Program-made: the position numbers and the translations under genes
Notes under the pieces: generated by a model
Database searches by the model: none
Seen by the model: only the letters and a program-made list of their open reading frames with translations
What the model was told of the DNA's origin: nothing
Part shown: piece after piece, positions 39,502 to 50,192 of the stretch
Layout: the number at the start of each line of letters is the position of its first letter
Numbering within the stretch: the stretch's first letter is position 1
Source: Alphaproteobacteria bacterium
Lineage (GTDB): Bacteria > Pseudomonadota > Alphaproteobacteria > Micavibrionales > UBA2020
Assembly: GCA_046314385.1 (NCBI GenBank)
Contig: JBKBWZ010000003.1
Coordinates: forward strand, 26,306 to 90,305
Length of the DNA stretch: 64,000 bases
Direction: 5' to 3'

Positions 39502-40140
39502 ATGTCGTTTCTTCTGACGCAAATCCATATCGACCCCGCGCTGGCGCTTGTCGCGTTGATCGGCGGCTATCTGTCGGGCAGCGTGCCTTACGGCCTGATC
39601 CTGGGCAAACTGGCGGGGCTGGGCGATATCCGCGCGGCAGGGTCGGGCAATATCGGCGCCACCAATGTTTTGCGTCTGGGCGGTAAAAAACTCGGCGCGG
39701 CAACCTTGCTGCTCGATGCGCTCAAAGGCGCCATTCCGGTTCTGGTCGCCAAACAATTTCATATCGATTATGCGGTGCTTGCCGCACTCGCCGCTTTTGC
39801 CGGACACCTGTTTCCGGTTTGGCTGAAATTCAAGGGCGGCAAGGGCGTTGCGACGGCGCTGGGCATCTGCTGGGCGCTGATGCCGCTGCTGGGTCTGTGC
39901 CTGTGCCTGATCTGGCTTGGTACGGCCATGATATTCCGCTACTCGTCGCTGGCTGCACTGACGGCCTTTGGCGTATCGCCGATGGTGACGCTTTTGCTCA
40001 GCAGCAGTTATCAATTGACTCTGACCGTCATGATCCTTGCGGTCACTGTCTGGATCCGCCATCACCAGAACCTGCGCAGATTGTGGCGCGGCGAAGAAGG
40101 CAAGATCAATCTGGGCGGCAGCAAGAAGGATGCGGCGTGA
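39502..40140 (+). CDS. plsY: Glycerol-3-phosphate acyltransferase
   Basis: GSGNIGATNVLR, DALKG and GHLFPVWLKFKGGKGVAT motifs. Confidence 0.97.
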   Translation: MSFLLTQIHIDPALALVALIGGYLSGSVPYGLILGKLAGLGDIRAAGSGNIGATNVLRLGGKKLGAATLLLDALKGAIPVLVAKQFHIDYAVLAALAAFAGHLFPVWLKFKGGKGVATALGICWALMPLLGLCLCLIWLGTAMIFRYSSLAALTAFGVSPMVTLLLSSSYQLTLTVMILAVTVWIRHHQNLRRLWRGEEGKINLGGSKKDAA

Positions 40141-41249
40141 ACGCCCCGCTGAGCCCCGCCGAAAAACGCGCGCGCCTGCAGCTGATCCGCAGCGAAAACG
40201 TCGGCCCTATTACCTATAGCCGCCTGATGCAGCGTTTTGGCACCGCCCTGCGCGCACTGGAAGCCCTGCCGGACATGGCGCGGCGCGGCGGCGGTAAAAA
40301 AGAGCTGGCCATTTTTTCAAAATCCGCCGCCGAAGACGAAATGGCGCGTATCGATAAATACGGCGCGCGGCTGATTGTACAGGGGGATGCGGAATATCCC
40401 GCGCTGCTGGGCGAAACCGAAGATGCACCGCCAGTGCTCACGGTTATGGGCAATACCGCGCTGTTGTCGCGCCCTGCGCTGGGTGTTGTGGGCGCACGCA
40501 ATGCCTCGCTGAGCGGCCGCAAAATTGCCGAAGGCTTCAGCGCCAAAATCGGCGCCGCGGGCTATGCTGTTATCTCCGGCCTTGCACGCGGCATCGACAG
40601 CGCCGCGCATAAAGCCACGCTGCAAACCGGTACGGTTGCGGTTGTCGCAGGCGGTATCGATGTGATTTACCCGCGCGAAAACGAAGACCTTTACCGCGAG
40701 ATTGCGCAAAGAGGCGCCATTATCGCCGAGAGCCCTTTTGGTACCGAACCCCTTGCGCGGCATTTCCCGCGCCGCAACCGGATTATCTCCGGTCTTGCGC
40801 TGGGCGTGCTGGTGGTCGAAGCGGCAGAAAAATCCGGATCACTGATAACCGCACGCATGGCGCTGGAGCAAAACCGCGAAGTTTTTGCCGTGCCCGGATC
40901 GCCCCTCGACCCGCGCGCGGGCGGCACGAACAGCCTCCTCAAAGACGGTGCGCATGTCACAACCAGCGCGGAAGATATTTTGCATGTTCTGGGCAGCCTG
41001 CGCCTGAAACCCCTGCGCGAGCCCCCACAGCGCGGCTATGACGGCGGCAGCGAATCACCGGCCCATGCCGAGATCCCCGACAGCCTGCGTGAAAAACTTC
41101 TGGAAAGCCTGAGCCCGACCCCTGTTTCCATAGACGAGCTGGTGCGCGACCTCAATGCGCCGATTGGCTACATTCTGACAATTCTTTTAGAGCTGGAGCT
41201 TGCAGGACGTATTGAACGGCAGGCAGGAAATAGGGTAAACCTGATTTAG
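40137..41249 (+). CDS. dprA: DNA-processing protein DprA
   Basis: GTG start overlapping the plsY stop; VVGARNAS, SGLARGID, FPRRNRIISG and SGSLITA motifs. Confidence 0.96.
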   Translation: MNAPLSPAEKRARLQLIRSENVGPITYSRLMQRFGTALRALEALPDMARRGGGKKELAIFSKSAAEDEMARIDKYGARLIVQGDAEYPALLGETEDAPPVLTVMGNTALLSRPALGVVGARNASLSGRKIAEGFSAKIGAAGYAVISGLARGIDSAAHKATLQTGTVAVVAGGIDVIYPRENEDLYREIAQRGAIIAESPFGTEPLARHFPRRNRIISGLALGVLVVEAAEKSGSLITARMALEQNREVFAVPGSPLDPRAGGTNSLLKDGAHVTTSAEDILHVLGSLRLKPLREPPQRGYDGGSESPAHAEIPDSLREKLLESLSPTPVSIDELVRDLNAPIGYILTILLELELAGRIERQAGNRVNLI

Positions 41250-41336
41250 ACCGCGCCCAGCGACACTAATTATAATGTATATAAATGTGTCGCCGCCATT
41301 CCGCACGCGGCTATTTTAAGGACAGGACCAGAACGC

Positions 41337-44042
41337 ATGTCGGCACAAAATCTTGTCATCGTCGAATCTCCTGCCAAGGCGAAGACGATCAACAAATATC
41401 TCGGCCCTGATTACACGGTCGTGGCCAGCTTCGGCCACGTGCGCGACCTGCCGGCCAAAAACGGCTCGGTCGATCCGGACAAAGATTTCGCCATGCAATG
41501 GGAAATCGGCGACCGGTCGCATAAACCGCTGGGCGAGATTATTTCGCGCGCAAAGAAAGTCCACACCGTCTATCTCGCCACTGACCCGGACAGGGAAGGC
41601 GAAGCGATTTCATGGCATGTCAGCGAATACCTGAAAGAAAAATATCTGGCGGACAAAGTCAAAATCCGCCGCGTCACGTTTAACGAGATTACCAAGACCG
41701 CCGTACAGGAAGCATTCAAACACGCCCGCGATATCGACCACCATCTGGTCGATGCCTATATGGCGCGCCGTGCGTTGGATTATCTGGTCGGCTTTACGCT
41801 GTCGCCGGTATTGTGGCGCAAACTGCCCGGATCGCGCAGCGCGGGCCGCGTGCAATCCGTTGCCCTGCGCCTGATCTGCGAGCGCGAGGCGGAGATCGAA
41901 ATTTTCAAGGCCGAAGAATACTGGTCTATCGAAACCCTGCTGACCACCAAGGACGGCAAGAGCTTTACCGCGCGCCTGTCGCAGCTGGATGGCGAAAAAA
42001 TCGAAAAGATGACCATCGGCAATCAGGCTGCTGCAGATACCGCTGTTGCGCGCATCGTCGGGCAGAATTTCAGCGTCGCGAATATCGAGCGCAAACAAGT
42101 GCGCCGCAACCCCTACCCGCCATTCATCACTTCGACCTTGCAGCAGGAAGCCTCGCGCAAGCTGCGCTTTTCGGCCACCAAAACGATGCGCACGGCGCAA
42201 AGACTGTACGAAGGTGTGGATATCGGCGGGGAAACCGTCGGCCTGATCACCTATATGCGTACCGACGGCGTAACCCTCAGCGGCGAAGCTATCGCCGCCG
42301 CACGCAAGCTGATTAAAAACAAATACGGCGACAATTATTTGCCCGACAGCCCGCGCGCCTATAAATCGAAAGTCAAAAACGCGCAGGAAGCGCACGAAGC
42401 CATTCGCCCCACCGACGTCCACCGCACGCCCGACAGCGTATCGGAATATCTGGGCGAAGACGAAGCGAAGCTGTACGACCTGATCTGGAAGCGCACCGTT
42501 GCCTGCCAGATGGAAAGCGCTGTGCTGGACCAGGTTTCTGTCGATATTGCGAACGAAGCGGGTAAAGTTGTTTTGCGCGCCACCGGCTCTATTGTCGCCT
42601 TTGACGGCTTCTTGAAAGTCTACCGCGAAGAGCAGGAAGACGAAGAAAAAGACAAAGACGCCAGCGAAGAAGAACGCCGCCTGCCGCCGCTGAAAGAAGG
42701 CGACGCGCTGAAACTGGGCGACGTCACCCCCAACCAGCACTTTACCCAGCCGCCGCCCCGCTATACCGAGGCAAGCCTGGTGAAGAAAATGGAAGAACTG
42801 GGCATTGGCCGCCCGTCGACCTATGCGTCGATTTTGCAAGTGCTGCAAGACCGCGACTACGTCAAGCTTGACCAGCGCCGGTTTATCCCCGAAAGCCGCG
42901 GCCGTATTGTGACGGCATTTTTGATGAATTTCTTCGGCCAGTACGTTGAATACAATTTCACGGCCGATCTTGAAGAACAGCTCGATGAAATTTCTGCCGG
43001 CGATATCGAATGGAAGGGCGTACTGCGTACCTTTTGGACAGCGTTTTCGGCGGCGATTGAAAAAACATCCGATCTGAAAATCACCGACGTTATCAACGCC
43101 CTTGAACATGACCTTGCGCCGATCCTCTTCCCCGATCCGGGACCGGAGGGACGCAGCTGCCCCACCTGCAAGACCGGCAAGCTGAGCCTCAAGCTTGGCA
43201 AATACGGTGCTTTTGTCGGCTGTTCCAGCTATCCGGAATGCCGCTATACCCGCCCCGTCCTGTCGGGCGGTGGCGAAGGTAACGAAGGCAGCGGCGAAAC
43301 CGGCACGGCGCCCAAATTGCTGGGCACACACCCCGCTTCGGGCACCGATGTTACGCTGCGTTATGGCCCTTATGGCCCCTATATCCAGATGGACCCGCCC
43401 GCAGAGGAGATCGCCGCCGCCGCAGTACCAGAGCCGGCGGAAGAAACCGGCAAGGATGGCAAGAAAAAGAAAAAAGCCAAAAAACCCGCCGCGCCGAAAC
43501 CCAAACGCGCGCCGGTGCCCAAAAACATGGATCCGAACGATATGGATCTCGACCGTGCTGTGGCGCTGCTGGCGCTGCCGCGCGAAGTCGGGCTGCATCC
43601 GGAAAGCGGCGAGATGATCAAAGCCGGTATCGGCCGTTTCGGGCCGTTTCTGGTGCATCAAAACAAATTTAAATCGATACCCGCCGACGACCCCGACGGT
43701 GTTCTGACCATCGGCCTGAATCGCGCCGTTGACCTTTTGGCCCAGCAGGGCAAAGGCCGCGGCGGTTTTGGCGCGATCAAAGAGCTCGGGGCGCATCCCG
43801 AAGACGGCAAAGCCGTTTCGGTCAACCGCGGGCGCTATGGCCCCTATGTCAAGCACGGCAGCGTCAATGCGACGATCCCGAAAGAGATAGAAGCCGAAGC
43901 CGTCACCATGGAACAAGCCGTGGAATGGCTGAACGCCCGTAAAAATGCCGCGCCCAAAACGGCACGCAAAACAGCGGCTAAAAAAACCGCTGCCAAAAAG
44001 CCCGCCAGCAAGAAAACCGCGGGCAAGGCGCGAAAAACCTAA
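41337..44042 (+). CDS. topA: DNA topoisomerase I
   Basis: VIVESPAKAKTI, ATDPDREGE, SAGRVQS and ITYMRTD motifs; one zinc ribbon, C-terminal repeats, Lys/Ala tail. Confidence 0.98.
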   Translation: MSAQNLVIVESPAKAKTINKYLGPDYTVVASFGHVRDLPAKNGSVDPDKDFAMQWEIGDRSHKPLGEIISRAKKVHTVYLATDPDREGEAISWHVSEYLKEKYLADKVKIRRVTFNEITKTAVQEAFKHARDIDHHLVDAYMARRALDYLVGFTLSPVLWRKLPGSRSAGRVQSVALRLICEREAEIEIFKAEEYWSIETLLTTKDGKSFTARLSQLDGEKIEKMTIGNQAAADTAVARIVGQNFSVANIERKQVRRNPYPPFITSTLQQEASRKLRFSATKTMRTAQRLYEGVDIGGETVGLITYMRTDGVTLSGEAIAAARKLIKNKYGDNYLPDSPRAYKSKVKNAQEAHEAIRPTDVHRTPDSVSEYLGEDEAKLYDLIWKRTVACQMESAVLDQVSVDIANEAGKVVLRATGSIVAFDGFLKVYREEQEDEEKDKDASEEERRLPPLKEGDALKLGDVTPNQHFTQPPPRYTEASLVKKMEELGIGRPSTYASILQVLQDRDYVKLDQRRFIPESRGRIVTAFLMNFFGQYVEYNFTADLEEQLDEISAGDIEWKGVLRTFWTAFSAAIEKTSDLKITDVINALEHDLAPILFPDPGPEGRSCPTCKTGKLSLKLGKYGAFVGCSSYPECRYTRPVLSGGGEGNEGSGETGTAPKLLGTHPASGTDVTLRYGPYGPYIQMDPPAEEIAAAAVPEPAEETGKDGKKKKKAKKPAAPKPKRAPVPKNMDPNDMDLDRAVALLALPREVGLHPESGEMIKAGIGRFGPFLVHQNKFKSIPADDPDGVLTIGLNRAVDLLAQQGKGRGGFGAIKELGAHPEDGKAVSVNRGRYGPYVKHGSVNATIPKEIEAEAVTMEQAVEWLNARKNAAPKTARKTAAKKTAAKKPASKKTAGKARKT

Positions 44043-44063
44043 CCCAAGAAAGAAGACTATCCG

Positions 44064-46526
44064 TTGAAAAATACAAAACCGCCGTCCCGCAACAAAAACA
44101 AAAAAGCAGGACGCCCCGCTTCCGGTCCGCACCGTGAAGAAAAAGAGACCCGCGCCACACAGCGCGCGGATAAACAACACCCCCGCGCCCACCGCGGCGC
44201 CCGTAACAACATTCTGTCCGGCGAAGACCGCCCCCTGCCCAGCCGCGAAGAGCTGAAAGAGTTTCTGCTCAGCAACCCCGATGCGCTCAACAAACGTGAA
44301 ATTGCCCGCGCTTTCGGCATCACGGGACAAGACCGCACGCAGCTGCGCCGTCTTTTACGCGAAATGACCGAAGAAGGCATGCTGGAAAAAACGCCGGCGC
44401 GCAGTTACCAGTCACCGGACAGCCTGCCCGAACGCTGCCTGATCGAAATCACCGGCCTGGACGACGACGGCGAGCTTTGTGCCCGCCCGCTGGACTGGCA
44501 CGGCCGCGGCAAGCCGCCCATGATTTATGTGACGATAGAAAAAAAGCGCACCACCGCCGCCCTCAAGGAAGGCGACCGCATTCTGGCGCGGCTGAAAAAA
44601 ATATCGCCGCAGGAATACGAAGCGCGCATCCTCAAGCCGCTGGAAGAAAACGGCGAGACGCGCACGGTCGGTTTTTACAAATCATACCGCGGCGCGGGTA
44701 TGGTCACGCCGACAGACAAGAAAAACAAGCTGGAGTATCTGATACCCGCCGAATTCACCGCGGGCGCACAGGATGGCGATCTGGTATCGACCGAAACCCT
44801 GCCGCCCTCGCGCCAGTATCCAAGCAGCAAGAATGCCGCGCGCGTGATAGAAGTGCTGGGACAAAAAGATGATCCGCGCCTGATCAGCCTGATTGCCATT
44901 CACACGCAGGGCATTCCGGTTGAATTTCCGCCCGATGTGCTGGCCGAATCCGAAGGACTATCCGAGCCCGACCTTTCCGGCGGCCGCGTGGATATGCGCG
45001 ACATCCCGCTTGTCACCATTGACGGCGCCGATGCACGCGATTTTGACGATGCCGTTTTTGCCATGCCCGACGACGACCCGAAGAACCCCGGCGGCTGGAA
45101 GCTGATCGTCGCCATCGCCGATGTGTCTTATTACGTGCGGCACGGGTCTGCGCTGGATACCGAAGCCTTCAAGCGCGGCAATTCGACCTATTTCGCCGAC
45201 CGCGTGGTGCCGATGCTGCCCGAACGTCTGTCGAATGACTTGTGTTCGCTGCGCCCGCATGTGCCGCGCGCCTGTCTTGCGGCTTTTATGACTCTCGACA
45301 AAAACGCGCGGATGATTGATTACGTTTTCAAGCGCGGGCTGATGCGTTCCGCCGCGCGCCTGACCTATGAACAGGTCGAAGATGCGCACCGCGGCACGCC
45401 CGATGACACCACCGGCCCGTTGATGGAAGAGGTTATCAAACCGCTCTACCGCGCCTATAGCCTTTTGAAACACGCCCGCGAGAAGCGCGGCGCGCTGGAG
45501 CTGGACTTGCCGGAGCGCAAGGCCATCATCAACGACAAAGGCCAGATCACCGCGATTGTGCCGCGCACACGGCTGGACAGTCACCAGTTGATCGAGGAAT
45601 TTATGATCCTCGCCAACGTGGCGGCGGCCTATGCGCTGGAAGATAAAAAAGCGCCCTGCGTCTACCGCATCCACGACCAGCCCGCCGCCGAGCGGATCGA
45701 AGCTGCGCGGATTTTCCTCAAGGAAATGGGCTATTCCCTGCCGCAGACAGACACCATTCACCCGCGCAACATCAACCAGCTGCTGAAGCTTTCGAGCGAG
45801 CGCGGCGAGGCCGATCTTGTTCACACCATGCTGCTGCGCACGCAATCGCAGGCCATTTACCACCCCGACAACATCGGACATTTTGGTCTGGCGCTGGAGA
45901 AATACGCGCATTTTACATCGCCCATCCGCCGCTATGCCGATTTGATCGTCCACCGTTCGCTTGTCGGCGCGCACAAGCTGGGTGATGGCGGCCTGAGCCC
46001 TTACGAGAAAGAACGTATCTACGATATCTCGGAGCATATTTCACTGACCGAACGCAGATCCATGATTGCGGAGCGCGATGTGATGGACCGCTTCACCGCG
46101 CAATACCTGCAATCGCAGATCGGCCAGATCTTCAAGGGAAAAATTTCCAGCGTGGCGTCTTTTGGTCTTTTCGTTACGCTCGATGAATCCGGCGCTGACG
46201 GGATTGTGCCGATGCGCCAATTGCCCCGCGACTATTACGTGCATGATGAAAAACGCCATATGCTGGTCGGCAAGGATACGCGCCGCACTTTCCGCATGGC
46301 CGATGCCGTTTATGTGCGCCTGCTGGAAGCAGACCCGCAGCGCGGCAGCACGGTATTTGAAATGGTCGAGGGCGCCGAAGACGGCAATACCCCGCGCCGG
46401 CCGGAGCGCAAAGGCAGCGGCCAGAAACATCACCGGCAAGATAATCGGCGCGGATCTGGCGCAAAGCCGGACAACCGCGGAAACGGGAAAACGGGCAAAG
46501 GCGGCAAAAAGCCGCGCCGCCGCTAG
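44064..46526 (+). CDS. rnr: Ribonuclease R
   Basis: TIDGADARDFDDA, IEEFMILAN and HFTSPIRRYADL motifs; S1 domain; basic tail. Confidence 0.97.
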   Translation: MKNTKPPSRNKNKKAGRPASGPHREEKETRATQRADKQHPRAHRGARNNILSGEDRPLPSREELKEFLLSNPDALNKREIARAFGITGQDRTQLRRLLREMTEEGMLEKTPARSYQSPDSLPERCLIEITGLDDDGELCARPLDWHGRGKPPMIYVTIEKKRTTAALKEGDRILARLKKISPQEYEARILKPLEENGETRTVGFYKSYRGAGMVTPTDKKNKLEYLIPAEFTAGAQDGDLVSTETLPPSRQYPSSKNAARVIEVLGQKDDPRLISLIAIHTQGIPVEFPPDVLAESEGLSEPDLSGGRVDMRDIPLVTIDGADARDFDDAVFAMPDDDPKNPGGWKLIVAIADVSYYVRHGSALDTEAFKRGNSTYFADRVVPMLPERLSNDLCSLRPHVPRACLAAFMTLDKNARMIDYVFKRGLMRSAARLTYEQVEDAHRGTPDDTTGPLMEEVIKPLYRAYSLLKHAREKRGALELDLPERKAIINDKGQITAIVPRTRLDSHQLIEEFMILANVAAAYALEDKKAPCVYRIHDQPAAERIEAARIFLKEMGYSLPQTDTIHPRNINQLLKLSSERGEADLVHTMLLRTQSQAIYHPDNIGHFGLALEKYAHFTSPIRRYADLIVHRSLVGAHKLGDGGLSPYEKERIYDISEHISLTERRSMIAERDVMDRFTAQYLQSQIGQIFKGKISSVASFGLFVTLDESGADGIVPMRQLPRDYYVHDEKRHMLVGKDTRRTFRMADAVYVRLLEADPQRGSTVFEMVEGAEDGNTPRRPERKGSGQKHHRQDNRRGSGAKPDNRGNGKTGKGGKKPRRR

Positions 46527-46569
46527 GTACCTGCGGCACGCCAGCCTCATATTTATTTATATAGATGGA

Positions 46570-47667
46570 TTATGCGCGGGGCGGCGCGCCGGCAGCTTCG
46601 ACCACGCGGTTGCGGCCGCCACGTTTGGCATCGTAAAGCGCCTTGTCGGCACGTTCGATCAGATCGACAATCGGCTCGCCCGGCGTATATTCGGCAACGC
46701 CGATGGACAGCGTGATGCGGCCCATGTTTTCGTTGCTGGCCTTGTTGATCACTTCTTTGCTTTCGACGGATTTGCGCAGAATTTCGGCAACGCGCAGACC
46801 CGCCGATACAGGCGTATCGGGCAGGATAATGGCAAATTCTTCGCCGCCGTAGCGCGCGGCAAAGTCGCGGCCCTTGACGTTGTCGGTTAGCGTACGCGCG
46901 ACAAGGCGCAGCACCTGATCGCCGACCTGATGGCCGTAGGTATCGTTAAACTTTTTAAAGAAGTCGATATCGAGGAGCATCAGCACCATCGGTGTTTGCT
47001 CTTTTTCACATTCAGATACGCAATCGAGCATCTGCTGGTCAAAGGCCTTGCGGTTTAAAAGGCCGGTCAGGCCGTCGGTCATTGCTTCTTTTTTGACGGT
47101 GTCGAGGTTGTTGCGCAGCTCCGTCACCTGTTTGGACGAATTGCCGAGCTGTACTTCCAGCTCCTGATTTTTTTCGACCATCTTGCGTGTATCGGCAACG
47201 ATGGCGGAAACGATAGCGCCCAGATCTTCGAGCGAGGCTGCACTGTCCAACTGCTGCGACACATCGCTGAGGTTTTCGCCATATTCGGTGGTTGCGGATT
47301 TTGCGGTGCTGACCATTGATGCCAGTTCGGCAATCGCGCTTTGCATCTGGTCGCTGATTTTCTTGACCGCTTCGTCACGTACCGCTTCGTTCATATAGCG
47401 GCGGTAAATCTGGTGGCAGGCGATTTCGTCGATCTTGCCCTGAAAGGCCTCGATCGCACGGACGATTTCAACATCGCCCTGAAAATAGCGGTACCACAGT
47501 TCGTACATTTCCGGCACGGGCCTGAGGTCGAGCACCTCGATACGCTCCAGCGCATTGACCGCGATTTGCTGCACTTTTTCGAGGGATTCGCTGTACATGA
47601 ACGGCATCGAAATCTCGGTCGCCACTGTCTTGGCGTTCGGATCGTGTTTGTCTGTCGGGTTGTTCAT
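46570..47667 (-). CDS. Diguanylate cyclase (GGEEF) with an N-terminal coiled coil
   Basis: DGLTGLLNR, DIDFFKKFNDTYGHQVGD and RYGGEEF motifs. Confidence 0.95.
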   Translation of the reverse strand: MNNPTDKHDPNAKTVATEISMPFMYSESLEKVQQIAVNALERIEVLDLRPVPEMYELWYRYFQGDVEIVRAIEAFQGKIDEIACHQIYRRYMNEAVRDEAVKKISDQMQSAIAELASMVSTAKSATTEYGENLSDVSQQLDSAASLEDLGAIVSAIVADTRKMVEKNQELEVQLGNSSKQVTELRNNLDTVKKEAMTDGLTGLLNRKAFDQQMLDCVSECEKEQTPMVLMLLDIDFFKKFNDTYGHQVGDQVLRLVARTLTDNVKGRDFAARYGGEEFAIILPDTPVSAGLRVAEILRKSVESKEVINKASNENMGRITLSIGVAEYTPGEPIVDLIERADKALYDAKRGGRNRVVEAAGAPPRA

Positions 47668-47758
47668 GAAAAAAAACGCCTGCGCGACTGAAAATGTAAC
47701 ATTACTAAAATAAAGAAAACCCAAGGCAATTTCCAGTGCCTATGGCATTTTCAGAACA

Positions 47759-48361
47759 TTACAAATGCTTAATGTCAGGTGCGATATGTTCTGTTTGTGA
47801 CGACAGCGCCACGATCGCGTCTTCGGGCGTTTCGACGACCTGATAAAGGCTGCGGTGCCAGAACGGCGTAAAGCCGCTGTCGACCATATGGTCAACCATT
47901 TGCATCAGCGGATTGTAAAATCCCTCAACGTTCAAGAAAACAATCGGCTTGTCATGCAGGCCAAGGTATTTCCATGTCAAAATTTCAAATGTTTCATCCA
48001 GCGTGCCGAAACCGCCAGGCAGGACAATAAAGCCCTCGGATTTATCGACCATCATCTGCTTGCGGGTGTGCATGCTGTCGACGATAAAAAGCTCGGTCAC
48101 ATCGTCATTCATGACTTCTTTGTCTTGAATATGCTCGGGAATAATACCCACAACCTCGCCGCCGGCGCCAAAGCAGGCCTGCGACACAATCCCCATCAAC
48201 CCGACGCGGCCGCCGCCATACACCAGACGCACTTTCTCTTCGGCCATGACCTGCCCCAGACGGGCGGCAACGTCCTTGTAGATTTGGCTGACTTTATGGC
48301 CTGTGCCACAGTAAACGCAGGCTGAACTGATTTTAGGCATCTGTTTTTGTATCGCTTTCAT
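47759..48361 (-). CDS. LOG family nucleotide monophosphate nucleosidase (TIGR00730-like)
   Basis: LVYGGGRVGLMG, MHTRK and PGGFGTLDE motifs; alternative start at 48340. Confidence 0.93.
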   Translation of the reverse strand: MKAIQKQMPKISSACVYCGTGHKVSQIYKDVAARLGQVMAEEKVRLVYGGGRVGLMGIVSQACFGAGGEVVGIIPEHIQDKEVMNDDVTELFIVDSMHTRKQMMVDKSEGFIVLPGGFGTLDETFEILTWKYLGLHDKPIVFLNVEGFYNPLMQMVDHMVDSGFTPFWHRSLYQVVETPEDAIVALSSQTEHIAPDIKHL

Positions 48362-48525
48362 AATGTCGGCTGCCGCAGCAAGGGCAGGCAGGACGTTCTG
48401 TATAGGGAATGCGCCTGCGCCTGTCCAGTATTTTGTAATGTTATGTCAATCCGTTTTTGCTTGTCTTGCGGCGCAATAAGCGACAAAACTACCCTTTGAC
48501 CTTCAGCAACCCGTAGGAAATCACC

Positions 48526-49284
48526 ATGAACGACATTATCAACCTTATTCGCAAAACCCTTTTCGTGCCTGTGCATCCCGCAGGCTGGCCGTTTATCGCC
48601 GGTTTTGCCGTTCTGGCGCTGATTCTGGCACTGATTGCCGATTTCCTCGGCTTTGTCGGTTTGGTGCTGACGCTGTGGTGTGTCTATTTCTTTCGCAACC
48701 CCGCGCGTATCACGCCGGTGCGCGAAGGCCTGATTGTCAGCCCCGCCGATGGTCTGGTGTCGCTGATTGCCGAAGTACCCCTGCCGCCGGAGCTGGACGA
48801 TTGCCGCGGCAAAGAGGGCGCGCCCACCGGCGACAGCCTTTGCGATGCGCCCACCGTGACGCGCGTGAGCATCTTTCTCAATGTCTTTGACGTCCATGTG
48901 AACCGCATTCCTGTCGATGGCGATGTCACCAAGGTTGTGTACCATCCCGGTAAATTCCTGAGCGCGAACCTCGACAAGGCAAGTCTGGAGAACGAGCGCT
49001 CGACCGTCCTGATGAAAGTCAAAGGACAAAACACCAGTGTTGCCTTTGTGCAGATCGCCGGTCTTGTCGCCCGCCGCATCATCTGTAAGCTGGCCGCCGG
49101 CCAGCAGGTCAAAGCAGGCGAGCTTTATGGCCTGATCCGTTTTGGCAGCCGCGTCGATATCTATCTGCCGCCGGGGACGGAGCCTCTGGTCTGCGTTGGC
49201 CAGCGCGCTGTTGGCGGCGAAACCGTTATCGCCGATTTGCAGTCTCAAGAAGCGCGCCGCAGCGGCGAGAACCGTAATCCCTAA
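48526..49284 (+). CDS. psd: Phosphatidylserine decarboxylase proenzyme
   Basis: FFRNP, SPADG, DVHVNR, QIAG and FGSRVD cleavage motif. Confidence 0.96.
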   Translation: MNDIINLIRKTLFVPVHPAGWPFIAGFAVLALILALIADFLGFVGLVLTLWCVYFFRNPARITPVREGLIVSPADGLVSLIAEVPLPPELDDCRGKEGAPTGDSLCDAPTVTRVSIFLNVFDVHVNRIPVDGDVTKVVYHPGKFLSANLDKASLENERSTVLMKVKGQNTSVAFVQIAGLVARRIICKLAAGQQVKAGELYGLIRFGSRVDIYLPPGTEPLVCVGQRAVGGETVIADLQSQEARRSGENRNP

Positions 49285-49311
49285 CCCCCTAAACCACACC
49301 AAGAAAAAGCC

Positions 49312-50115
49312 ATGCAAAAACCGCCGCGCAAGCTGCCCATACACAAGATGATCCCGAATATGATCACGCTGACGGCCATGGCCGTTGGCCTGACGTCGAT
49401 CAAATTCGCGATTGCGGGGAAATGGGAACACGCGGTGCTTGCCATCGTGGTTGCGGGTTTTATGGATGCTTTCGATGGTGCCGCCGCAAGGCTGCTCAAA
49501 GCGCAAAGCAAACTGGGGGCGGAGCTGGACAGTTTCTCGGATCTCGTCTGTTTTGGTGTCGCGCCCGCGCTTGTTATTTATCTTTGGGCATTGGAAGCGG
49601 CCGCGCTGGAAGGCGCGCGCTGGGCATGGCCGGTGGCGCTGGTTTTTGCGATGGCCGTGACGCTGCGTCTTGCCCGCTTTAACATCGCCAGCGAAGAGGG
49701 CGACCCCAACGACCCGATGCGTAAATACTTTACCGGTGTCCCCTCGCCTGTCGGGGCGGGGCTGTGCCTTTTGCCGATGATCGTCAGTTTCCAAACGCCG
49801 GCGTCCTTGAGCGCGATTGTGCAAAACCCCATGGTTGTCGGCGTCTGGGCAATGGTCGTCGCCGCGATGATGGTCAGCAACATCCCCACGTTTTCGAGCA
49901 AGCAGGTGCATATCTCCTATAAGCTCAAAATTCCCGCACTGGGGCTTTTTGCCATTTTGCTGGCAGGGCTGATCAACGCGACATGGCCGACGCTGACGCT
50001 GATCGGTGCGGCTTATTTGCTGGCCCTGCCCTTTGGCGTACGCCACTATCAAAAACGTGCGAATGCCTATGCCGCCGGACAAAAAGACGTCGAAGCAGAC
50101 GACACAGAAGAATAA
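49312..50115 (+). CDS. pssA: CDP-diacylglycerol--serine O-phosphatidyltransferase
   Basis: PNMITL, DxxDGxxAR...GAELDSFSD and RLARFN motifs; follows psd. Confidence 0.95.
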   Translation: MQKPPRKLPIHKMIPNMITLTAMAVGLTSIKFAIAGKWEHAVLAIVVAGFMDAFDGAAARLLKAQSKLGAELDSFSDLVCFGVAPALVIYLWALEAAALEGARWAWPVALVFAMAVTLRLARFNIASEEGDPNDPMRKYFTGVPSPVGAGLCLLPMIVSFQTPASLSAIVQNPMVVGVWAMVVAAMMVSNIPTFSSKQVHISYKLKIPALGLFAILLAGLINATWPTLTLIGAAYLLALPFGVRHYQKRANAYAAGQKDVEADDTEE

Positions 50116-50136
50116 ATTTCGGGCGATATACCGCAC

Positions 50137-50176
50137 AAAAAAAACGCCGCCCACAAAACCGGGGCGGCGTTTTTTT
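50137..50176. terminator. Bidirectional intrinsic terminator
   Basis: AAAAAAAACGCCGCCC...GGGCGGCGTTTTTTT. Confidence 0.85.
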
Positions 50177-50192
50177 ATAAATCGTTTTTATT

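Noticed and set aside
43940-44040. Repetitive AAKK-encoding sequence
   Set aside because: Ordinary Lys/Ala-rich TopA C-terminal tail.
41610-44330. 906-aa antisense ORF over topA (likewise long antisense ORFs at 18302-19849, 48358-50154, 57627-59477 and 36441-37730)
   Set aside because: Shadow frames produced by GC-rich codon bias opposite well-supported genes.
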